NCBI GenBank assembly: GCA_945859975.1
Contig: CAMAPH010000002.1
Span: 96,001-160,000 of the forward strand
Source of the DNA: Chthonomonas calidirosea
Lineage (GTDB): Bacteria > Armatimonadota > Fimbriimonadia > Fimbriimonadales > Fimbriimonadaceae
Direction of reading: 5' to 3'
Length of the DNA: 64,000 bases
Part shown: positions 26,766-37,071 of the stretch, piece by piece
How the letters are laid out: each line of letters opens with the position of its first letter
How positions within the stretch are numbered: the first letter of the stretch is position 1
Translations under genes and position numbers: made by a program
The notes under the pieces: model-generated
The model's input: only the letters and a program-made list of their open reading frames with translations
The model's database searches: none
What the model was told of the DNA's origin: nothing

Positions 26766-27767
26766 ATGGAATATCGATCCCTCGGCCGCACTGGCATCCA
26801 AGTTTCCGTTGCCTGTTTCGGCACCATGACGTTCGGCTGGGACCCGGAAGATTGGGGCAGTTCCGAGGAGGCGTCGATCCAGATCACGAACACTGCCCTC
26901 GATCTGGGGATCAACTTTTTCGATACCGCCGACGTGTACGCCCGCGGCGTCAGCGAAACCATCCTTGGCAAAGCTCTCCAGGGCAAGCGCGCCGAAGTCG
27001 TGCTCGCGACAAAATGCCACGGCAAAATGTCCGATTCAGACGTGAACGCGTCGGGCAATTCGTATCGGCATATCATCCTCGCGTGCGAAGCGTCATTGAA
27101 ACGACTGGGCACGGACTACATCGACCTTTACCAAATTCACCGGCCCCAGCCGAGCGTTCCCATTGACGAAACCCTCCGGGCACTGGATGATCTGCGTCGG
27201 GCCGGAAAGATCCTTTATGCGGGTTGCTCAACGTTTGCGGCATGGCAAGTCTGCGAGGCGCACTACGTAGCCAAGGAGCTTGGCGCGGCTGGATTCGTCA
27301 CCGAACAACCACCCTACAACCTCCTCGATCGACGCATCGAGCGTGAGCTTCTTCCCTTCTGCCGAACGTACGATTACGCTGTCATCCCTTGGTCACCGTT
27401 GGCGGGTGGAATGTTAAGCGGCAAGTACCTCGATGCAAAGCCGGAAGAGGGACGCTACGCCAAGAGTGATCCGGGCGGACGGCTGGCGCAGCTGCCGATG
27501 GACAAGCTTCGTGAGTTCCAAACCGTGGCGACGGAACTTGAAATGAGCATGGCCAGCCTGGCGCTGGCCTGGGTTGCGAACCAGCCAGGAATCACCAGCC
27601 CAATCATCGGAGCAAGAAGCGAAACCCAACTGAAGGAATCGGCTGCTGCCCTTGAAATCAAACTGAGCGACGAGACGCTGAAAAAGATCGACAGCATCTT
27701 TGCGCCGGCGTCGCACTCTGTTGCTTACTACAACGCAAACTTCGGGCCGAACGCACGAACTCGATAA
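26766..27767 (+). CDS. aldo/keto reductase
   Basis: GTMTFG, FFDTADVY, LATK, DLYQIH, PWSPLAGG. Confidence 0.95.
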   Translation: MEYRSLGRTGIQVSVACFGTMTFGWDPEDWGSSEEASIQITNTALDLGINFFDTADVYARGVSETILGKALQGKRAEVVLATKCHGKMSDSDVNASGNSYRHIILACEASLKRLGTDYIDLYQIHRPQPSVPIDETLRALDDLRRAGKILYAGCSTFAAWQVCEAHYVAKELGAAGFVTEQPPYNLLDRRIERELLPFCRTYDYAVIPWSPLAGGMLSGKYLDAKPEEGRYAKSDPGGRLAQLPMDKLREFQTVATELEMSMASLALAWVANQPGITSPIIGARSETQLKESAAALEIKLSDETLKKIDSIFAPASHSVAYYNANFGPNARTR

Positions 27768-27815
27768 TCTTGCACCTTCTCCCCGGTAGAGAGTGTCTTG
27801 AACTTCCGGGGAAAC

Positions 27816-28499
27816 ATGTTAGCGAAGGCGCTTGTATCTGAATTCGTAGGGACGTTCGCGATTTGTTTCGTTGCGTTAGCCGTGAAGGCCAATCTCGGCG
27901 AAGTACCGGGAGGTTTGCTCGGCATTGCCCTTGCAAATGGGCTGGTGGTGGCTTGCTTCGCCACGGCGGCGGGACCGATCAGTGGTGGACACTTTAACCC
28001 GGCGGTCACGATCGGTTTTTGGGTTGTCCGCAAGATGGATCACCTTCGGGCATTGACGTACATTGGCGCTCAACTTGCTGGTGCGGTCGCCGGTTCGTTC
28101 TTCGCGAGTTCTTCGTTCACAAACGACCCGAACGTCGCCGCGAAAGGGCTTTCGGCGGTAGAGCTTGGGTCCACCGTCGGGGCTGCATTTGTCGCGGAGA
28201 TCATTGCGACCTTCATGCTGATGTGGGTCATCTATGGCACAGCCGTAGATCAGCGACAGCCGAAGTTTGGTGCCTTGTACGTCGGACTATTTGTGGCCGT
28301 TGGCATCCTTGCCGTGGGACCGATCAGCAGCGGTGCCATGAATCCTGCCCGCTGGTTTGGACCCGCGGTGGTTACCGGAGATTTCAGCGCCTTAACGCTG
28401 TTTGTTGGTGGTCCGGTTGCCGGGGCCATCTTGGCATCTGTGGTTTATTCCTGGTTCTTAAAGGAAGACGCCAATAAAAAGCCCGAAGCTATCGCATAG
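27816..28499 (+). CDS. MIP family aquaporin
   Basis: SGGHFNPAVT and AMNPARW. Confidence 0.93.
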   Translation: MLAKALVSEFVGTFAICFVALAVKANLGEVPGGLLGIALANGLVVACFATAAGPISGGHFNPAVTIGFWVVRKMDHLRALTYIGAQLAGAVAGSFFASSSFTNDPNVAAKGLSAVELGSTVGAAFVAEIIATFMLMWVIYGTAVDQRQPKFGALYVGLFVAVGILAVGPISSGAMNPARWFGPAVVTGDFSALTLFVGGPVAGAILASVVYSWFLKEDANKKPEAIA

Positions 28500-28517
28500 C
28501 TTCGGGCAACTGGAATC

Positions 28518-28820
28518 TCAGAGTTCGCCAGCGGCAGCCATCTCGGCAAGCGTTTTGTAGTGCTTGTCAGCCTGTGCAGCGTCGTTGTTGTGATACTGCA
28601 AAAACGGAGCCTTTTCGGCCTCCGGTACGGCGGCCCAACCGGCTTGTTTCTTAGCGGTTGCGGTCATTGCAGGAAGAAGCGCCTGCTTTGCGGGATCATC
28701 GCTGGTTTTTTCGACCTTTGCGGTCGAGTCAACCTTAACATTCTGGTCGTTGTTGGGTTCACATCCAACCAAAAGGATGGAAGTGAGGGCGACAAAAAAG
28801 AGGATCTTGTTCATATACAA
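28518..28820 (-). CDS. small lipoprotein
   Basis: Lipobox LVG|C; lies downstream of the pilin-like gene. Confidence 0.7.
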   Translation of the reverse strand: MYMNKILFFVALTSILLVGCEPNNDQNVKVDSTAKVEKTSDDPAKQALLPAMTATAKKQAGWAAVPEAEKAPFLQYHNNDAAQADKHYKTLAEMAAAGEL

Positions 28821-28848
28821 AAAGGCCCTCCGCTTTTGCGGAGGGCCA
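28819..28848 (-). terminator. terminator after the prepilin-like gene
   Basis: Minus strand GGCCCTCCGC-aaaa-GCGGAGGGCC-TTTTT. Confidence 0.75.
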
Positions 28849-28856
28849 TGGGCTCT

Positions 28857-29867
28857 TTAGAGCTGAACTGGGAGACCCGAGATTGGGTCGAGGATGTTCT
28901 GGTTGTTAACCGTGTACATCTGAGCGCCCCACATGTATCGGTTTGGTGCGAGGGTTGCGTTGAACTTGGAGTACTTCGCAGATCCGTCGGCCATGCCGTA
29001 GTTGTCGCCTTCGTTCCATCGGAATGCCGAGTGGTACGAGATGAGTGGGTAGGTGCCTGCTGGGTTGCTCTTGCAGTTCGCGAAGACGTTTCGGACCTGG
29101 CCGAAGTTCAGCGCGTAAAGCACAGCAGTTGCAGCGTCGGTGTTCTCACCAAGGTACTGCTGGGTGTTAGCAGCATCTCGGGTAACGGCGTTGGTGGATC
29201 GGTGCGAAGAGTTTCGGATACCGGTTCCAAGCGACTGGCCGTTCAAGCACTCGAGGTTGTCGGTGAGACCAGCGATCATGATCGTGCTGGAGACCGCTGG
29301 AAGAACGGTCTGGCTGATAACCTTAACGCCTGCGTTGAGGTCGTTGATGTTTCGAGCTCGTGGCATAACCGCACTGTTAACGGTGTACGAAAGTCGTGGA
29401 ACCTGGTTGTCGATGATGAAGCCACCGAGCGAAGGCGTTCCTGGAGGGGTGTTGCCGCTGACTGCACATCGGTCAGCCTGCTGTCCGGATGGGAAGCCCT
29501 TTCCGCTGTTGTTGTTAGCCGAAGCGAAGCACGTTGGACCGTGACCGCGGAGGGTGTCTCCTGGGCTCACGAACATGTCAACGTTCTTGATGTATGGCTG
29601 GCAAACGCCGGACCAGTGCTCGTATCCGCCAGCGGTACCGCCAAGAGCTGGGCTGAATGCGCGGTGGAAGTAAGCCGATGGAAGAACGTCATCAGCATCG
29701 CCCGAGTAGATGAGGATGCCGAGCGCGGTCTGCTTGATGTTCGAAAGATCCTGAGTCTTCTTTGCAGCAGCCTTAGCCTGTGCGAAGACAGGGAATAGGA
29801 TCGCGGCGAGAATTGCGATGATCGCGATGACCACCAAGAGTTCAATCAGAGTAAATGCCTTTTTCAT
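28857..29867 (-). CDS. prepilin-type N-terminal cleavage/methylation protein (DUF1559-like)
   Basis: MKKA|FTLIELLVVIAIIAILAAILFPVFAQAK...LSNIKQ...NYGMADGSAK. Confidence 0.92.
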   Translation of the reverse strand: MKKAFTLIELLVVIAIIAILAAILFPVFAQAKAAAKKTQDLSNIKQTALGILIYSGDADDVLPSAYFHRAFSPALGGTAGGYEHWSGVCQPYIKNVDMFVSPGDTLRGHGPTCFASANNNSGKGFPSGQQADRCAVSGNTPPGTPSLGGFIIDNQVPRLSYTVNSAVMPRARNINDLNAGVKVISQTVLPAVSSTIMIAGLTDNLECLNGQSLGTGIRNSSHRSTNAVTRDAANTQQYLGENTDAATAVLYALNFGQVRNVFANCKSNPAGTYPLISYHSAFRWNEGDNYGMADGSAKYSKFNATLAPNRYMWGAQMYTVNNQNILDPISGLPVQL

Positions 29868-29905
29868 GGTTGCGTTCCTCACGCAACGTATAGAGAACCC
29901 CGGGA

Positions 29906-29935
29906 AAGTTAAGACAGGGTTAACGAAATGTTAAG
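29906..29935 (-). promoter_or_regulatory. three direct repeats at 11-bp period (OmpR/PhoB-type, Pho-box-like)
   Basis: CTTAACAT-ttc-GTTAACCC-tgt-CTTAACTT upstream of a TATACG -10-like hexamer. Confidence 0.55.
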
Positions 29936-30122
29936 GCTTCGTAAATTTTGACCTTCGTGATGCATTTCTTAGATCGAATTTTAATGCTGAAAATCGATGA
30001 TTTGAACCTAAGTAGGTTGTAGGTTGAACCTACTCAACGGACAGGAGTACATTTAACAATGAATCGGCCTTGTTTTACTTGTAACACTTTTCAGTGACAT
30101 TGGATGACAGGCCCTCTTAACG

Positions 30123-30157
30123 AAAAAACGCCCGAAACAACTGTTTCGGGCGTTTTT
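30123..30157. terminator. clpC terminator (bidirectional)
   Basis: AAAAAACGCCCGAAACA-ac-TGTTTCGGGCGTTTTT. Confidence 0.85.
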
Positions 30158-30176
30158 GGTACTTCGAACCGCGAGC

Positions 30177-32675
30177 TTAGTTCAGCGCGAGTTCTTTCTG
30201 TGGTTCGTTGCCGTCCGGTGTACTCTTCCGTCGAAAGATCACCGTATCGGTTCCTGGCTCAAGTTCCGCGATGATCACGTCACCAGTCTGGAATCGGCCG
30301 AGCAGCATCTCTTCGCTGAGCGGATCCTCAATGAATCGCTGAACCGCTCTTCGAAGCGGTCTTGCGCCCATGTTCGGATCGTAACCCTTGTCGACGAGAA
30401 GGTTCTTGACCTCTTCGCTGAGTTCGATCTGAATCCCCATCGAAGTCGCCTGCTCGTTGACTCGCGCCAAGAACAGCGAAGCGATCTGGAGGATCTCTTC
30501 TCGCTTGAGGTGTTGGAACACGATGACTTCATCGATTCGGTTGATGAACTCAGGGCGGAACGATTTTTTCATTTCGTCCAGCATCTTGGTCTTCATGTTC
30601 TCGTACACCTTCGGATCGTTGTAATCCGGTCGCGTATCGCGGAAGCCAAGTCCCTTGTCCATTTCGATCGGACGAACTCCGATGTTCGAAGTCATGATGA
30701 TCAGGGTGTTTCGGAAGTCCACCGTCCGTCCCTGCGAGTCGGTCAACTGTCCATCTTCCAGAACCTGGAGAAGCAAGTTGAAGACTTCAGGGTGTGCTTT
30801 TTCGATTTCATCGAAGAGCACAACGCAGTACGGATTTCGCCGAACCTGCTCGGTCAACTGACCGCCCTCATCGTAACCCACGTATCCGGGAGGGGCACCG
30901 GTCAGTCGGCTTACCGCGAATCTCTCCATGTATTCGGACATGTCGATTCGGACCATGTTGCTTTCCTTTTCGTAAAGGTAAGCCGCAAGTGCCTTCGCGA
31001 GTTCGGTCTTACCGACACCGGTTGGGCCAAGGAAGACGAACGAGGCAATCGGTCGCTTTGGATCCTTGAGTCCGGATCGGGAACGTCGGATCGCTCGCGA
31101 GACCGCGCGGACCGCATCTTGCTGGCCGATGATTCGCTCGTGCAAGTCCTCTTCCATGCGAAGTAGCTTTTGGCTCTCGGTCTCGACAAGTCGCGTAACC
31201 GGGATACCGGTCCAGCTCTGGACGATGCCAGCGATTTCGGGCTCACCAACGACAGGCTCCGGTTTTGGCTCGGCTGCCCAAGCTTCTTCTCTTTCGAGAA
31301 TGCTAGCTTCGAGGCCTTCAATCTCAGCCTTCATCTTCTCAAGCATTTCCTGATCTTCTGATCGCTTAGAAAGATGCTCGAAATTCGTTCGAAGCTTCGT
31401 CAGCTTTTGTCGATCGGCGCGAACGTCTGCCGGCGGCAAACTCTGCTGCAAGCGAACTCGCGAAGCGGCCTCATCGATCAGGTCGATTGCCTTGTCGGGC
31501 AAAGTTCGATCCGAGATGTAGCGCTGAGACAATGAGACCGCGCTGGTGATCGCCTCGTCGGTGATCTCCACTTGGTGGTGAGCTTCGTATCGCTCACGCA
31601 AGCCGCGCAAAATCTCAATCGCTTCTTCTTCACTCGGTTCTTTGACTTTGACCGCTTGGAATCGTCGCTCAAGAGCCGCATCTCGCTCGATGTACTTGCG
31701 GAATTCGTCCTGCGTCGTCGCACCAATGCACTGGAGTTCGCCGCGCGCCAAGGCAGGCTTCATGATGTTTGAGGCATCAATCGCGCCTTCGGCTGCACCA
31801 GCTCCCACCAAGGTGTGAAGCTCGTCGATGAAGAGAATGACTTGGCCTTCCGACTTGCGGACCTCTTCCATCACTTTCTTCATGCGCTCTTCGAATTCGC
31901 CGCGGTACTTCGTACCAGCGACCAATCCAGCAAGGTCAAGGGAAACGATGCGCTTGTTCTTCAGGATCTCTGGAATGTCACCAGAGACGATTCGAAGGGC
32001 CAGCCCTTCGGCAATCGCGGTTTTTCCGACGCCTGGGTCACCGATGAGACAAGGGTTGTTCTTTGTTCGTCGACAAAGAATTTGCATAACTCGCTCGATT
32101 TCGGTGTGTCGTCCGACCACCGGGTCAAGCTTCCCTTCTCGTGCCAATTCGGTCAAGTCCCGACCAAATTCGTCCAGGGTCTGGGTCTTGGCGTTGGTAG
32201 TTGAAGCAGCCTTGGAGCCGAAGCCAGACTTAGCTTGCGTATCGTTGTCTTGAAGGGTCATCACCTCTCGGCGAGCCTTTTCAAGTTCAACTCCGAGTTT
32301 CGAAAGGACGCGTCCAGCTAGGCCATCGCCTTCTCGAATCAGCCCGAGGAGCAGATGCTCGGTGCCGATGTAATTGTTGTTCAGGTTGCGAGCCTCGTCA
32401 TATGCAAGATCGATCACGCGCTTGGCTCGAGGAGTCAGGGTCATATCCTGATTGGGTCTCGCATCGCCACGAGGAAGCTGCTTCTCAACCTCTGAGCGAA
32501 TGCGATTTAGGCTGACGCCTAATTTCTCGAGAACGCGTGCGGCGACGCTATCCGACTCTCGTACGAGCCCGAGGAGAAGGTGCTCCGTCGAAACGTAGCC
32601 TTCCCCGAACTTCTGAGCCTCTTCTTGCGCATAGAACACCACCTTTCGGGCGCGTTCAGTAAAGCGTTGCCACAT
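30177..32675 (-). CDS. clpC: ATP-dependent Clp protease ATP-binding subunit ClpC
   Basis: Two Clp_N repeats (TEHLLLG), [16 protein letters not shown], short middle domain. Confidence 0.95.
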   Translation of the reverse strand: MWQRFTERARKVVFYAQEEAQKFGEGYVSTEHLLLGLVRESDSVAARVLEKLGVSLNRIRSEVEKQLPRGDARPNQDMTLTPRAKRVIDLAYDEARNLNNNYIGTEHLLLGLIREGDGLAGRVLSKLGVELEKARREVMTLQDNDTQAKSGFGSKAASTTNAKTQTLDEFGRDLTELAREGKLDPVVGRHTEIERVMQILCRRTKNNPCLIGDPGVGKTAIAEGLALRIVSGDIPEILKNKRIVSLDLAGLVAGTKYRGEFEERMKKVMEEVRKSEGQVILFIDELHTLVGAGAAEGAIDASNIMKPALARGELQCIGATTQDEFRKYIERDAALERRFQAVKVKEPSEEEAIEILRGLRERYEAHHQVEITDEAITSAVSLSQRYISDRTLPDKAIDLIDEAASRVRLQQSLPPADVRADRQKLTKLRTNFEHLSKRSEDQEMLEKMKAEIEGLEASILEREEAWAAEPKPEPVVGEPEIAGIVQSWTGIPVTRLVETESQKLLRMEEDLHERIIGQQDAVRAVSRAIRRSRSGLKDPKRPIASFVFLGPTGVGKTELAKALAAYLYEKESNMVRIDMSEYMERFAVSRLTGAPPGYVGYDEGGQLTEQVRRNPYCVVLFDEIEKAHPEVFNLLLQVLEDGQLTDSQGRTVDFRNTLIIMTSNIGVRPIEMDKGLGFRDTRPDYNDPKVYENMKTKMLDEMKKSFRPEFINRIDEVIVFQHLKREEILQIASLFLARVNEQATSMGIQIELSEEVKNLLVDKGYDPNMGARPLRRAVQRFIEDPLSEEMLLGRFQTGDVIIAELEPGTDTVIFRRKSTPDGNEPQKELALN

Positions 32676-32900
32676 ATTTATTCTTTTCCTGTTTCGAAGA
32701 TGAATTCATCCCGGTTGTTTAGTTCTACGTCGTCAGGCAAGTTGTCATTAGGACCACCTGAGCTTAGATACATGACGTGCGGGACTACTTCATCGCATCG
32801 ATGTAATAAGGAGAGTACCACTGCTCCCCATAAGTTCCCAGACCCTGTTATAAGGACCTAGTGGGCGCTACCGGCATCGCTTGATTCTTTTGCCGCTGGC

Positions 32901-32942
32901 GGCATCGGGATTCGACTTCGATGGACGCCGATCTGAACTGTC
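32901..32942. repeat. direct repeat copy A: displaced duplicate of the ndh 3' end
   Basis: 40/42 identical to 33995-34036. Confidence 0.9.
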
Positions 32943-32989
32943 ATCCCTCTCCAATTCCGGGTCGACAGCGCCGCTGCCTGCCACGAAAG

Positions 32990-33889
32990 TCAGCCCAACC
33001 GCTTTTGGATCTCGTCAACTGCGCGGCGCAGGTCCTCCAAGGAAACTCCAACGCTAGCCAGTATTCGCGCCGCAGCGCCATCTTCCACCAGCATGAGCCC
33101 CAACAGAATGTAGTGAGAACTGAGATTTGAGTCTCCGAGCGGTGCTTCAGCGTACGCGAACTGGATTGCTTGGTACGCATCGGCACTGAGAACGGGAGAT
33201 TCGGCTCGGGAACCGGGATGCTTCGAGACTTCGGCTTCCAGAATCGTCCGAAGGTGGTCCAAATCGATCTGCAACTCGTTTAAAACGGCGATGGCACAGC
33301 CGTCTGGCACATCCAAGAGGCCCAGAAGGAAGTGATCGGTTTCGACCAGGGCTTGCCGTCTTTCAAAGGCGGCTTGGCTGGCATAGTAAACCGCCGTCCG
33401 GCCCTCGGTTGAAAATTGCAGCCAACCGCGAAACCGGACGGAGTCGAAGCCGGCTGAATCGATCTCTGATTTTGCAATTTCCAGCCGCGCCGAGTTGACC
33501 ACGACACCAAACTTGAACAATATTTGCGCAGCAGTGTTGTTACTGTGCTTGACTATGCCGACCAAGATGTCTTCCGATCCAATCTTCGATCGCCCCTGAT
33601 GTTTACACTCCAACTCTGTGAGGTCAAGCGAGTCTTTCAGACCGTCGTCGAGATTGGAGAACCAACCGGCTGAGGTCGGTTGCTGGGAAATGACCCGGTG
33701 AAGCTCGTGCTGCAGCTGATCAATCGCAATGCCAAGGCTGACGAGAACACTCGTTGCCTCGCAGTTCGGCTGCTCAAGCATGCCTAGCAAACAATGAGCC
33801 GTCCCCACCTTTTTGTGTCCATATCGCTCGGCAACTTTCTTCGCCATGTAAACGGTATTCCGAGCGTCATCAGAAAGGTTCTGCCACAT
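32990..33889 (-). CDS. Clp N-terminal domain-only protein (two tandem N-domains, no ATPase)
   Basis: MWQNLSDDARNTVYMA...GTAHCLLG...; second unit WLQFSTEGRTAVYYA...TDHFLLG. Confidence 0.85.
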   Translation of the reverse strand: MWQNLSDDARNTVYMAKKVAERYGHKKVGTAHCLLGMLEQPNCEATSVLVSLGIAIDQLQHELHRVISQQPTSAGWFSNLDDGLKDSLDLTELECKHQGRSKIGSEDILVGIVKHSNNTAAQILFKFGVVVNSARLEIAKSEIDSAGFDSVRFRGWLQFSTEGRTAVYYASQAAFERRQALVETDHFLLGLLDVPDGCAIAVLNELQIDLDHLRTILEAEVSKHPGSRAESPVLSADAYQAIQFAYAEAPLGDSNLSSHYILLGLMLVEDGAAARILASVGVSLEDLRRAVDEIQKRLG

Positions 33890-33933
33890 CGCCTATCCTC
33901 ACGCAAAGCCAAGCATTACGCGATACCTAAATT

Positions 33934-35271
33934 CTATTCCTTTTCCCTCAAAGGAGCAACTAAAGATTCTTCAACCTCATTTCCGATCGAGCCTGGCATC
34001 GGGATTCGACTTCGATGGACTCCGATCTGAACCGTCGGCACTCGCAAAAACAGGTCCAAGAACCAATCCATTGACAGCCTTAGCTTCAGCGCAAAGGTGG
34101 GCATCTTGCTGAGGTACGCCCCCCGGAACAGGAACCAACCGATCAGACCGTTGACATTGAAGCCAAACAGGTCCGCAGCTGCTTTGTATCCCCCCACGAC
34201 CGCGAAAGCTCCCAAGGATCGGTATTCAAAGTTCTCGAGTGGCTTTCCGCCGACACTGCTGAGGATGTTTTTCGCCACCTGCGGACCTTGGCGAACCGCG
34301 TTCTGTGCGGTTGCGGCAAAAGGTTTCCCGTTTGGCATCGGCACCGAAGCCGCGTCACCAACCGCCCACACGTTGTCGTAGCCCTCAACGCGAAGGTCAG
34401 CCTGGGTTTTGATGTACCCGCGATCCGTCAAGGGCAAGCCTTCGATCTGGCGAAGGAGCGGAGATGGCTGAATCCCAGCCGTCCAAAACGTGCTTTCGGC
34501 AGGAACCCACTCGCCCGCTTCCGTGCGCACACGGTCGGGCAAAACCTCAACGACGCTGGCGCCAAGGTGCACAACGACCCCTCTTCGGCGCAACGTTGCG
34601 AGCGCCCAAGCCGAAGCCCGCTCGCTCATCGCGCCCAGGAGTCGACTTCCATGCTCGAAAACCATAACGGAAATGTCGGACTTCTTTAGGTTCGGATAGC
34701 CATCCACAAGCTCAAGCAAGAAGTGTTGGAGCTCACCTGCAAGCTCGGTCCCCGTAAAGTTTCCGCCCACGATCACGAACGTCAGCAGTTGCTTACGCTT
34801 CTCCGGATCTCGACACTCATTGGCCTGCTCAAGCAAAGCGATCGCGCGGTCCCGAATTCCGATTGCGTCTGCGACCGACTTTAATTCGTAGGCATTCTCC
34901 GCCAGACCAGGAATGTTTGGAAACCGCGTGACGGAGCCCATTCCGATGACCAAATGATCGAACGGAATTTCGGTTGGATTGGATACTCCGGCTGGTTGGA
35001 ACCGAACAGTTTTGCGCGACAGGTCCACGCTCAGGATTTCGCCCATGCGAAAACCGTCTCGGGCGTACGAACGGAGCGGAACAACGACATGGCGTGGCTC
35101 AATGCCACCAACCGCCGCTTCGACGAGCAAGGGATAGAAAGTGAGGTAGTTGTGCCGATCCAGCAGCACCACGTCGACTTCCCCACGTCCATGCTTCACT
35201 AATCGCTTTGCGGCTTCGGCTCCGCCAAACCCACCACCAAGAATTACAACTCTCGTTTTCGTGCTGGACAT
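33934..35271 (-). CDS. ndh: type II NADH dehydrogenase family FAD oxidoreductase
   Basis: GGGFGG, VGGNFTGTELAGE, WTAG, AVGD, ATAQNAVRQG. Confidence 0.9.
   Translation of the reverse strand: MSSTKTRVVILGGGFGGAEAAKRLVKHGRGEVDVVLLDRHNYLTFYPLLVEAAVGGIEPRHVVVPLRSYARDGFRMGEILSVDLSRKTVRFQPAGVSNPTEIPFDHLVIGMGSVTRFPNIPGLAENAYELKSVADAIGIRDRAIALLEQANECRDPEKRKQLLTFVIVGGNFTGTELAGELQHFLLELVDGYPNLKKSDISVMVFEHGSRLLGAMSERASAWALATLRRRGVVVHLGASVVEVLPDRVRTEAGEWVPAESTFWTAGIQPSPLLRQIEGLPLTDRGYIKTQADLRVEGYDNVWAVGDAASVPMPNGKPFAATAQNAVRQGPQVAKNILSSVGGKPLENFEYRSLGAFAVVGGYKAAADLFGFNVNGLIGWFLFRGAYLSKMPTFALKLRLSMDWFLDLFLRVPTVQIGVHRSRIPMPGSIGNEVEESLVAPLREKE
33995..34036. repeat. direct repeat copy B, inside the ndh 3' end
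   Basis: 40/42 identical to 32901-32942. Confidence 0.9.
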
Positions 35272-35333
35272 CCACTCTCATGATGTCGCCAAGCCGAAGG
35301 AGCGCCTGGGCTAAGCCTCATTCCGGATCGCCG

Positions 35334-37010
35334 CTAGCGACCTAACTGCTGGGGAATCACAACGTCGTACATCCGGCTCATAAAATCGTTGATGAACTCG
35401 CCGCCTTTCCCGCCGTCGTAAGGGCTCGCGTTGGTCATCGCGACGACCGCAACTCCGCGCACCGGGCGAATAAACATGTCGGCCGAGTTTAAGGTGTTCG
35501 ATCCGCCGTGGCTCAGGTCGTATTCGCCGGTAGGATACGGTCCGCCAACTGCCCAGCCCATGCCATAGCCGTTGTGTGGAGTGTGCAGAGTTTTGAAGGT
35601 CGGTCCGGTTAGCAACGTCGGATAACCCATCTCGGCCCGCAGGTGCAATCGGGCGAATCTAGCAAAGTCGGTCACCGTCATTTGTAGGCCCCCTGCCGGG
35701 TTCCCCCAACCCTGGTTATCGGCCCATGCCGGCTCATACGCTTGGTTGACAAAGCGGTGACCATAGGGCCCGAGCAAGGTGCCTGGTAGGCCCATCGGGC
35801 CGTACCCGACCCAGTTGGCCCCGATGGGCTGGAACAAACGCTTTTTAATCGACTGCTCCCAAGGCTCGGCGGACAGGCGATCCAAGATTGCTCCGGCAAT
35901 CACGAAATTCATGTTCTGATACTGGAACTGAGTGCCCTGCGCGAAGGTTGGGGCTTTGCCTACTGCCTTTCTCACCGCTTCAGTCCGAAGGGCCATGAGG
36001 GAGGTGCCGGCGTAATCTGGATAACTGGTGTCCCCAGGGATTCCGGAACTGGCATGGAGCAGATTGAACAAGGTGATCTGCTTGGTGGAAGGGTGCATGG
36101 CGCTTTCCAGATCGGGGAGCAAGACGGCGAGCGTGTCGGAGAATCTGATCCGACCGGCGTCAACGTACTTGCCAAGCAACGTCGCCGTCATCGACTTTGT
36201 GTTTGAGCCGAGGTGAAAAAGGTCGTTTAGGGTGACTAGGGTTGGGCTGCCGACTCGGCGGACTCCGGTCGCGGCCGAGCAAACAATCTTGTCGTCAACG
36301 ACCACCGCGCAAGTCGCTCCAGGCAGATTGAACTTCGCGCGTGACTTCTCAAGTTCGGCCTTCACAATCGTGGCGAAGTTTGAGAATCCCGGCTCGCTCT
36401 CCAAAGTGAGTCCATTCGGGACATAACTTGGAAGCTTGGAAGGAAGTAAAGCCATTGGCAGCTCCTGGCGGTCCAAGGGGCCACGTTTGATAAATGCGGT
36501 GAACGAAGTTAGCGAGCCTTTCGAATCGTACGCAAATGCCGCAGGCTCCTGGAAAGCCGCGAGGGTGGACGGTAGATCAACGTTTTGTTCGGCTCCGCCA
36601 TCGACTTTGATCTTCAATCGACTGCGAGTTGATGACAGTTGGACAAGCGAAACATCGATCAGAGACTCTTTCCCGTAGGCCAGCGTTGGAGCAGAAATGT
36701 TCTTCCAAACCGTGCCTTGCCAAGGCATTTCGTAGATCACGACATTCTTGGCTCCAGGTTGTATGCCGATCACGTACCGAGGGCCGTTTGCCGCCACGGA
36801 GGATGGAATGAAGCCGAAAGTTTGGCCCTCTTCAACTCGAACCTTTGCTTGGAGCCGCGAAAACTTGATGCCTGGGGCCTCGCTTGGCAGTGCCCACGCG
36901 CTATCCCGGGCTACTTTCGCAGCCGCAACCGGGTAGCGATTGGCCACCGACCAAACGCCATCCACAAGACTGCTTTGCGCGGCGAGAAGCAACCAGGCCC
37001 CAACATACAT
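35334..37010 (-). CDS. serine hydrolase (beta-lactamase/AmpC-like) with an extra N-terminal domain
   Basis: SNTK, YQN, HGGS motifs. Confidence 0.85.
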   Translation of the reverse strand: MYVGAWLLLAAQSSLVDGVWSVANRYPVAAAKVARDSAWALPSEAPGIKFSRLQAKVRVEEGQTFGFIPSSVAANGPRYVIGIQPGAKNVVIYEMPWQGTVWKNISAPTLAYGKESLIDVSLVQLSSTRSRLKIKVDGGAEQNVDLPSTLAAFQEPAAFAYDSKGSLTSFTAFIKRGPLDRQELPMALLPSKLPSYVPNGLTLESEPGFSNFATIVKAELEKSRAKFNLPGATCAVVVDDKIVCSAATGVRRVGSPTLVTLNDLFHLGSNTKSMTATLLGKYVDAGRIRFSDTLAVLLPDLESAMHPSTKQITLFNLLHASSGIPGDTSYPDYAGTSLMALRTEAVRKAVGKAPTFAQGTQFQYQNMNFVIAGAILDRLSAEPWEQSIKKRLFQPIGANWVGYGPMGLPGTLLGPYGHRFVNQAYEPAWADNQGWGNPAGGLQMTVTDFARFARLHLRAEMGYPTLLTGPTFKTLHTPHNGYGMGWAVGGPYPTGEYDLSHGGSNTLNSADMFIRPVRGVAVVAMTNASPYDGGKGGEFINDFMSRMYDVVIPQQLGR

Positions 37011-37071
37011 CACATTGAATTTTAGCTCCAATCCACTCGTCAGTCAAACCCGGCCAAGAAGCGACTGCGCG

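Noticed and set aside
28560..29798. Long antisense ORFs (also 30156..31166, 53296..54897, 60614..61618)
   Set aside because: Shadows of strongly codon-biased genes on the opposite strand.
32676..32857. CtsR or CIRCE operator upstream of clpC
   Set aside because: No GTCAA heptad repeats or TTAGCACTC inverted repeat found.
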